Source: Candidatus Uhrbacteria bacterium (GTDB lineage: Bacteria; Patescibacteriota; Patescibacteriia; UBA9934). From it: DNA of 64,000 bases. Shown in pieces: positions 56,025 to 64,000 of this stretch. The notes below the pieces were generated by a model, which did not search any database, was not told the origin of the DNA, and saw only the letters and a list, made by a program, of their open reading frames with translations. The position numbers and the translations under genes are program-made. The DNA lies in assembly GCA_943359345.1 (NCBI GenBank), contig CALRHE010000002.1:705-64704 (forward strand), given 5' to 3'. The first letter of the stretch is position 1, and the number at the start of each line of letters is the position of its first letter.

Positions 56025-57132
56025 ATGTTTCAGCACGATCAAGCGACGGCACAATTTCAATCCAAGTCTGGCCAGCGTTCATATGCAGCTCCTGGCCCGA
56101 TAGATCGTAAAAGCGTAACCTGGCCTCAAGACTAGGTTTCTTCCATTTACACAGCACTAACTTACCGTCTTGCATCAAGAGCGCATCACCTTCTCCAAGC
56201 GTGCGTATCTGCAGACGCCCGAGACTATCAACCACCCCAATATCTGTAGCCAGCACAACCAGATTATTCGTATGAATCAAATCCCCATCAGTAGATTTAA
56301 CTAGCTCGTAATTTTGGTGACGAACATAGGTATTCGAATCTAAATCGTAGGTCCAAACAAGATCATAAAGATTGCTTGCGCTCCAATCAATGTTAAGCGA
56401 CAACGGGGCCGTGGTGGTAGGAGCATCATGCTTGAACAACCAAGTCTCTGGTTCGGGTAAATTAGTTTTCAGTTCAATGCTGCTTTCCCAAAGCCGATCC
56501 GTGGCAGTGTAAACGTTGTGTGGAGCCGCCCTACGTACCACATCGCGCCAAAAATATTCGCCCTGAAAAAATTCATTTAAATCATAAACATTAACCCGAT
56601 CTCGCTCGCTGACAATATCTAAGGCCTCTGGCGAACCGCCAACATGAGCATAAATGGCATTAAACTCACTGGCCCAATCAAGATAATAGGCACGCGCAGA
56701 CCGCACCGGTCCAATTTTATCTACGTACTTATCAGATGAATAAAAAGCTTCAAAGCGAGGGATGTTGCCTTCAACTGGGGCTTCGATCACTAAAAAAGCG
56801 TCCTCTACTCCTGAAAGCGGCCAAGCATCAGCGCTGTTCTCCACCATCACGCCATAAACCAACGGAAACCGTTCAAGTGTTGTTGTGAGCACTTCACCCG
56901 TTAGCGGATGGCGGAGTGAGTCATCAGCAACGCTGACTTGGTTTTTCGCCAGGTCTACCTCAGAGTACCTAGCCGGTTTCAGTAAAAAAACGGTGGTCAC
57001 CGCTAACATCACAGTCAAAGCTGCAAACACTGACCCAAATAAAATCAAGTTATCCCGGCGACGGGCCGCAGCCATACACGCTACCCGGGTGTTTAAAATC
57101 CAAGCCTTGAGTACTTGCAAACGCTTATTCAT
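56005..57132 (-). CDS. DUF3048 domain protein
   Basis: HPLTG, VMVEN, EG.I.RF, GPVRSAR.Y, APHNVY, GQTWIE. Confidence 0.9.
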   Translation of the reverse strand: MNKRLQVLKAWILNTRVACMAAARRRDNLILFGSVFAALTVMLAVTTVFLLKPARYSEVDLAKNQVSVADDSLRHPLTGEVLTTTLERFPLVYGVMVENSADAWPLSGVEDAFLVIEAPVEGNIPRFEAFYSSDKYVDKIGPVRSARAYYLDWASEFNAIYAHVGGSPEALDIVSERDRVNVYDLNEFFQGEYFWRDVVRRAAPHNVYTATDRLWESSIELKTNLPEPETWLFKHDAPTTTAPLSLNIDWSASNLYDLVWTYDLDSNTYVRHQNYELVKSTDGDLIHTNNLVVLATDIGVVDSLGRLQIRTLGEGDALLMQDGKLVLCKWKKPSLEARLRFYDLSGQELHMNAGQTWIEIVPSLDRAETFISRPL

Positions 57133-57218
57133 AATAACGCACTTCAGTATAACTCAAATTTGAGGCCCAAAACAAAAGACTTAAAACCATTTTTAGTCTT
57201 AAGTCTTGTGTTTGGTAT

Positions 57219-57911
57219 TTATTTCTTAGCGTCTTTTTTGTCAGCTGCAGGAGCCTCGGCACCCTCAGTGGGAGCTTCATCTTTCTTCTCTGTCAAGACC
57301 TCAACCTTAGACACATCGGCATCAACGGCAGAGTCAAGGGCGGCCAACTCTGCTTCAGACAACGGCGGCTGAACAGAAGCCACAGCTTGATCAGGCAAAG
57401 ACTTGACTTCGATACCGGCTGGGACGGTGATGTCCTTAACCCGGATAACATCGTCGAAAGTAAACAGCTTAGTAACATCAACCTCGATTTCATGTACCAA
57501 AGCGTCTGGCAAGGACATGACTTCGATGTCTTCCAAAGATTGCACCAAGGTTCCACCAAGCTCTTTGACAGCTGGAGCTACGCCCACCAGCTTCAATGGG
57601 ATCTTGGCTTCGAGCTTGCGCTTTGGGTCAACACGACGGAAATCGACATGGGTAATAAAATCGGTCAAAACATCGCGCTGGATTTCTGAAATCAAAACTG
57701 GATGCTGTTGGCCCTCGATCTCAAGATCAACAACCGTACTTTCACCAGCCTGGTCGTACACCTTAACGAAGGTATTGCGATCCAGAACGATGTTGGTAGG
57801 TTTGGTTTCAAAACCGTACATGACGGCTGGCACCATTCCGGCTGCACGCAAAGTGGCGGTCTTGCGACCACGAATTTCACGGGTTTTGGCTTCAATTCGA
57901 GCATGCTGCAT
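57219..57911 (-). CDS. rplY: 50S ribosomal protein L25/Ctc
   Basis: LR..G.VPAVMYG, IQRD...THVDF, G.APAVKE.GG; ATG at 57911. Confidence 0.95.
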   Translation of the reverse strand: MQHARIEAKTREIRGRKTATLRAAGMVPAVMYGFETKPTNIVLDRNTFVKVYDQAGESTVVDLEIEGQQHPVLISEIQRDVLTDFITHVDFRRVDPKRKLEAKIPLKLVGVAPAVKELGGTLVQSLEDIEVMSLPDALVHEIEVDVTKLFTFDDVIRVKDITVPAGIEVKSLPDQAVASVQPPLSEAELAALDSAVDADVSKVEVLTEKKDEAPTEGAEAPAADKKDAKK

Positions 57912-58022
57912 ATCGGCCGGTATTCTGCTCGATTTCGCAATAACTGTCAAGCAACCAAGGGGTTGAGGGGGTTAGTATGAAAAATACCTGGGGTTAAGGG
58001 GTTTAAAAACCCCTTAACCCCT

Positions 58023-58304
58023 TTATTTACGCAGTTCAACATGGGCCTTCAAAACCTCGTCCAGGCTAATTTTCTGACCTTTTTCAAAACGCATAGCTTC
58101 GTCTACGGCGCAATCAGTCAACACGCCTACACAGGCTACATGACCAGCCCGACGCTCAACCGCAAACATCATGGCTCGAAAACATTGGCTACAAGTAGCG
58201 TGGCTGATTTGATTACCGTGTTTTTTTCCAACCGCACGAACGTCCGGCCCTGAATAAAGAGAGGTGCAAAAAGGACAACGAGCTATAGGTTCGGGCAAAC
58301 GCAT
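58023..58304 (-). CDS. Small zinc-ribbon protein
   Basis: CPFC...H.TCSQC; C-terminal IS.DEVL..H. Confidence 0.65.
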   Translation of the reverse strand: MRLPEPIARCPFCTSLYSGPDVRAVGKKHGNQISHATCSQCFRAMMFAVERRAGHVACVGVLTDCAVDEAMRFEKGQKISLDEVLKAHVELRK

Positions 58305-58325
58305 ATAATTTAGTATAGAGCTGTT

Positions 58326-59438
58326 TTAGTGCTGACTGGCGAGTCGATCCACAGGCGTAATCCGGCTGGCAATACTCTGCGCCACCCCAAGCATGATGAA
58401 CATGACAATCAGCGAGCTACCCCCGTAACTCACAAACGGCAAGGTCACACCGGTGGCCGGCATAATTGATAGGTTCACACCAACATGAATACAGGTTTGC
58501 ACAAAAAAAGTTGCCAGAATACCAATCAACAAATAAGCGGCAAAGGCGTCACGCGTCATACGCACCGTTTTTAACATGCGTACAAACAAAAGCAGGAAGG
58601 CCGCCAAGACCACGATCACCCCTACAAACCCCAACTCTTCAGCTATAACTGCAAAAATGAAATCTGTCTGACTTTCTGGCAAAAACCGCAGTTGGCTTTG
58701 GCTACCTGCACCTAAACCTCGGCCTAAGAGCCCGCCGGCACCGATGGCGATTTTGGCCTGCGTAACGTTATAGCCGGTCTCGAGCGGATCTGAAGCTGGA
58801 TTCAAAAAAGTCGCAATCCGTTCCAGCTGATAATCCGGTAACTGACCGGAAACCATGACGACCCCAGCAATCAATCCAAAACTGAGTAGCAGAGCGGCTA
58901 CGTGCTGCCAACGAATACCGGCAAAGAACACCATGACCATCCAAATACCTATAAGTATGAGGGCTCCACCCAAATCTGGTTGTTGGAGTACAAACACGGC
59001 TGGGAGTAAGGTGCGCACCCCAGTTTGGAGTAACTCACGCCAACCAAAGCGCTCACGGGCATGATCGCTAAAGTAGCCGGCCAGCTCTAACGCCAGCGCC
59101 AGCTTCATGAGTTCGACCGGCTGAAATGAAAAACCAGCCAACACAAACCAGCCGGTGGTGCCGTTCAAAGTTTCGCCAAAAATCAAAACTGCGATCAGTA
59201 AACCCAGGGCCAGCCAGTAAAGAATGTGACTGTAGGCCCGATACAACTGATAGTTCACACTCGCGGCTGCCACACATAGGCCTAAACCTAACCCCAAAGC
59301 AATGAGTTGCTTACGTACAAAGATAAACTCCTCCGCCCCCTGTGAAAGTTCTACTGACGTAATCGTAGCTATACCGAAACAAAACAGCACAAAGGCCGCC
59401 AAAATCATTAACCAATCAAAACGCTGAAGAGTAATCAC
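58326..59438 (-). CDS. rodA: Rod shape-determining protein RodA (SEDS family)
   Basis: FQPVE..K, QPDLG, PESQTDFIF...EELG, P.TGVTLPFVSYGGSS; GTG start at 59438 preferred. Confidence 0.9.
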   Translation of the reverse strand: MITLQRFDWLMILAAFVLFCFGIATITSVELSQGAEEFIFVRKQLIALGLGLGLCVAAASVNYQLYRAYSHILYWLALGLLIAVLIFGETLNGTTGWFVLAGFSFQPVELMKLALALELAGYFSDHARERFGWRELLQTGVRTLLPAVFVLQQPDLGGALILIGIWMVMVFFAGIRWQHVAALLLSFGLIAGVVMVSGQLPDYQLERIATFLNPASDPLETGYNVTQAKIAIGAGGLLGRGLGAGSQSQLRFLPESQTDFIFAVIAEELGFVGVIVVLAAFLLLFVRMLKTVRMTRDAFAAYLLIGILATFFVQTCIHVGVNLSIMPATGVTLPFVSYGGSSLIVMFIMLGVAQSIASRITPVDRLASQH

Positions 59439-59442
59439 GGCT

Positions 59443-60363
59443 TTATCTTCGCACATCCAGACCGTTTTCGTCATCTGGATTCATGTACACCCCCTGATCA
59501 AAGTAAAAAATCAACGGCTCAACGCTGACACTAGCGCTCGGCGGGACTTCTCCAAACCAACGCACCTCAAATTGGCGGGTTTGATTGGACATGAATTCAG
59601 GTACCGAAATTTTGGTGAGCGAAATTACGCTTGTACTCCGCATAAGTTTTACCAAAAATTCTGCGTTCCAATACGCATAGGCTGTACGATTGGTCAGTAC
59701 CAACGTGGAACGACCAATCTGGTCATCACCCAAAATTAGATCTTTGCTGTAGGTAGCCAGATCAAGAGTGATATTGGCGCGGTCGGCTAGATACTGAGCT
59801 GTGCTCTCCACCCTGTGCCCGTCCACCCTGTGCCAAACCTGATTTTGCAGGCTCAAGCGTAAACCTGAAGGACGCCGTTCAAGGTTTTCATTGATAGCTG
59901 CTATCAAACGGGTCTCATTTGGATTCAAGAAACCGGAGTAGATCTCAGTCACTCCCCCGGCGTATACAAAGACGTAATCAAAAGTGACGTACCAATCAGG
60001 GTTAAAATTCTCTACCGTAGCGTACAGATCGTATTTACCCGATGATACTGATGACGACTTGGCGTCGTGTATGTCTAGCCCAACCGGGGCCGCTCGCATA
60101 ACTCCGGCATGGCTGGCACTGACATTATCCAAAATACTAGCGCTCATACGGGCATCACGAAAAGCGCCTGACACGATGTAAAGTAAAACTCCAAAAACAA
60201 AAACTACCATCAGGATGACGTCAATCACTGCCCACAGCCCAAAAACTGCCGCCTCCAATTTGGGACGGACATTTACGACTGCGACATCACGGCGGTAGCG
60301 GCTATCAATAGCCCTGTACTCTCCGGATATCTTTGGCTGCACCTGCTGTGCCTCCTTAACCAT
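59443..60363 (-). CDS. Hypothetical membrane-anchored protein
   Basis: One TM helix plus an extracellular beta domain; ATG at 60363 avoids overlap with gyrB. Confidence 0.6.
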   Translation of the reverse strand: MVKEAQQVQPKISGEYRAIDSRYRRDVAVVNVRPKLEAAVFGLWAVIDVILMVVFVFGVLLYIVSGAFRDARMSASILDNVSASHAGVMRAAPVGLDIHDAKSSSVSSGKYDLYATVENFNPDWYVTFDYVFVYAGGVTEIYSGFLNPNETRLIAAINENLERRPSGLRLSLQNQVWHRVDGHRVESTAQYLADRANITLDLATYSKDLILGDDQIGRSTLVLTNRTAYAYWNAEFLVKLMRSTSVISLTKISVPEFMSNQTRQFEVRWFGEVPPSASVSVEPLIFYFDQGVYMNPDDENGLDVRR

Positions 60364-60418
60364 AACTGAGCATATTTTATCACATTCAGGGCTGTACCGG
60401 TCCCGGAGAACGTGATAA

Positions 60419-62482
<2,064 letters not shown>

Positions 62483-62485
62483 ACC

Positions 62486-62517
62486 CAAAACCACCCTGGT
62501 TCACCGGGGTGGTTTTG
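62486..62517 (+). terminator. Intrinsic terminator
   Basis: CAAAACCACCCTGG-TTCA-CCGGGGTGGTTTTG. Confidence 0.8.
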
Positions 62518-62603
62518 TAATCCACCACCCCCCTTGCAAAGACTAAGTAAGTCTGCTATCTTACTCTCCGTAACAGCCCGCAAGGGCTTTTTAAAATACT
62601 GAT

Positions 62604-62819
62604 ATGTTGGGACGAATCATCAACAACCCCGTTATCCGCTACTTCCGTGAGGCTCGAGAGGAGTTGCGCAAGGTCACTTGGCCCCAGCGCCGTGAAGTAG
62701 TTGTGTACTCGGCGCTAGTCGTGATGTTCTCAATTATCACGGCTGCTTATTTTGGTCTCTTGGATTGGGTGTTCACGCTCGGACTGGAGAAGTTAGTCAA
62801 GCTCACCGCTAGTTTATAA
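62604..62819 (+). CDS. secE: Preprotein translocase subunit SecE
   Basis: ELRKVTWP motif plus one TM helix; upstream of nusG. Confidence 0.93.
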   Translation: MLGRIINNPVIRYFREAREELRKVTWPQRREVVVYSALVVMFSIITAAYFGLLDWVFTLGLEKLVKLTASL

Positions 62820-62826
62820 GTCATTT

Positions 62827-63372
62827 ATGGCAAAGCAAACCGCCAATTATGGTCGTCGATGGTACGCCATCCACACCTACTCAGGCTACGAAGAAAACGT
62901 CTACGACAGTTTGATGCAACGCATTGACACCATGGACATGGAAGAGAAGATCTTCACCGTCATGGTTCCCAAAGAGAAGAAGATCAAAATCAAAAATGGT
63001 CAGCGCAAGGTAGTTGAAGAAAAAATCTTCCCCGGCTACGTACTGGTGGACATGATCGTGACTGACGATTCTTGGTACGTGGTGCGTAACACCCCAAACG
63101 TCACCGGCTTCATTGGAACCGGTAACGCCCCAACCCCAATTCCACAAGAAGAGATCGATGCCCTGATTAAGCGCGTTGGTGTCAACGAACCTGAATTCAA
63201 AATCGACGTATCCAAGAACGACACAATCTCTATCACCGACGGTCCTTTCAAGGGCCAGCAAGGTAAGGTGGACGATGTGGATGTGGCCCGCGGTAAAATC
63301 AAGGTCATGGTGTCTATGTTCGGACGTGAAACCCCGCTCGAGCTCGACTTTCTCCAGATCAAGAAGGTTTAA
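62827..63372 (+). CDS. nusG: Transcription factor NusG
   Basis: WYAIHTYSGYE, FPGYVLV, VRNTPNVTGF, KOW motif, FGRETP. Confidence 0.97.
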   Translation: MAKQTANYGRRWYAIHTYSGYEENVYDSLMQRIDTMDMEEKIFTVMVPKEKKIKIKNGQRKVVEEKIFPGYVLVDMIVTDDSWYVVRNTPNVTGFIGTGNAPTPIPQEEIDALIKRVGVNEPEFKIDVSKNDTISITDGPFKGQQGKVDDVDVARGKIKVMVSMFGRETPLELDFLQIKKV

Positions 63373-63490
63373 TGACCACCAAATACAGCTTGAAAAGGCT
63401 GTATTTTGGTCTTTACCCTAAATAATTGACATTTAGCCCTAAAACTGGCACTCTTTCGCTACTAAATAACGACGTGGTTGCTTGAAGACC

Positions 63491-63556
63491 GCCCTTCGAC
63501 TCCCCCTCCGACTCAGCCCATAAAAAGGTTAAGCTTCGCTCGGGGTCGCTCAGGGC
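63491..63556. repeat. REP-like hairpin inside the rplK leader
   Basis: GCCCTTCGACTCC...GGGGTCGCTCAGGGC nested in a GTGG...CCAC stem. Confidence 0.75.
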
Positions 63557-63585
63557 CTTTGGGAATCCACTATAAAAAAGCTCGT

Positions 63586-64000
63586 ATGGCCAAAAAAATT
63601 AAGGCTGTAATTAAAGTCCAGGCCATTGGTGGCGCGGCTACGCCAGCACCTCCACTTGGTCCGGTACTTGGTCAGCAAGGCGTGAACATTCAGCAGTTCG
63701 TGCAGGAATTCAACGCCGCCACGCAAGATCGTCGGGGTGAATTGGTACCAGCTGTACTAACCATTTACGAAGACCGCTCCTTCACGTTCATTCTGAAGAC
63801 CGCTCCGGCCTCAGAGATGATCAAAAAAATGCTCAAGCTTGAAAAAGGCTCAGGTAAGCCGCTAACTGAAAAGGTTGGCAAACTCACCAAGGCTCAACTC
63901 CGAGAAATCGCTGAGAAGAAGCTCCCAGACCTAAATACAAAAAACGTTGAGCAGGCTATGAAGATCATTGCCGGCTCAGCCCGCCAAATGGGAGTAGATG
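63586..64000 (+). CDS. rplK: 50S ribosomal protein L11 (3' end runs off the window)
   Basis: [37 protein letters not shown]; not in the ORF track. Confidence 0.96.
   Translation, partial: MAKKIKAVIKVQAIGGAATPAPPLGPVLGQQGVNIQQFVQEFNAATQDRRGELVPAVLTIYEDRSFTFILKTAPASEMIKKMLKLEKGSGKPLTEKVGKLTKAQLREIAEKKLPDLNTKNVEQAMKIIAGSARQMGVD

Overview
This is a core-genome segment of a Patescibacteria (CPR) bacterium, most likely Parcubacteria/ABY1 (Uhrbacteria-like). The taxon is inferred from archaeal-type pyrH, alpha2-type glyQS, short tsf, DUF4012, DUF3048, TrmB, CPR-type surface proteins, and starts that mostly lack a Shine-Dalgarno (SD) site; genetic code 11. It carries translation genes (3 tRNAs, rpmG, frr, rplJL, tsf-rpsB, queA, rpmE-prfA-prmC, rplY, secE-nusG-rplK), glycolysis (tpiA; gap-doxX-ndh-pgk-eno), envelope genes (glycosyltransferases, mreB, rodA), DNA metabolism genes (topo IB, holB, xseAB, RecB-like nuclease, gyrB) and a lexA-dinB cassette. 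No CRISPR array, rRNA, transposase or prophage was seen. The most unusual items are: (1) a promoter-driven, multi-branch structured RNA of about 200 nt (36.8-37.0 kb, minus strand) just downstream of a MetK homolog that has lost its methionine/Mg-binding residues; (2) two stand-alone GC-rich lipoprotein genes with canonical SD sites and native-style promoters and terminators; (3) a split PEP-synthase/Rph-like dikinase that encloses a Fic toxin and an unannotated 59-aa antitoxin; (4) a two-copy hairpin motif with clear compensatory base changes; (5) a 6S-like ncRNA at 14.2 kb; (6) a four-half-site GTTC-N7-GTTC operator upstream of lexA. All calls come from reading motifs by eye; no database searches or folding programs were run.
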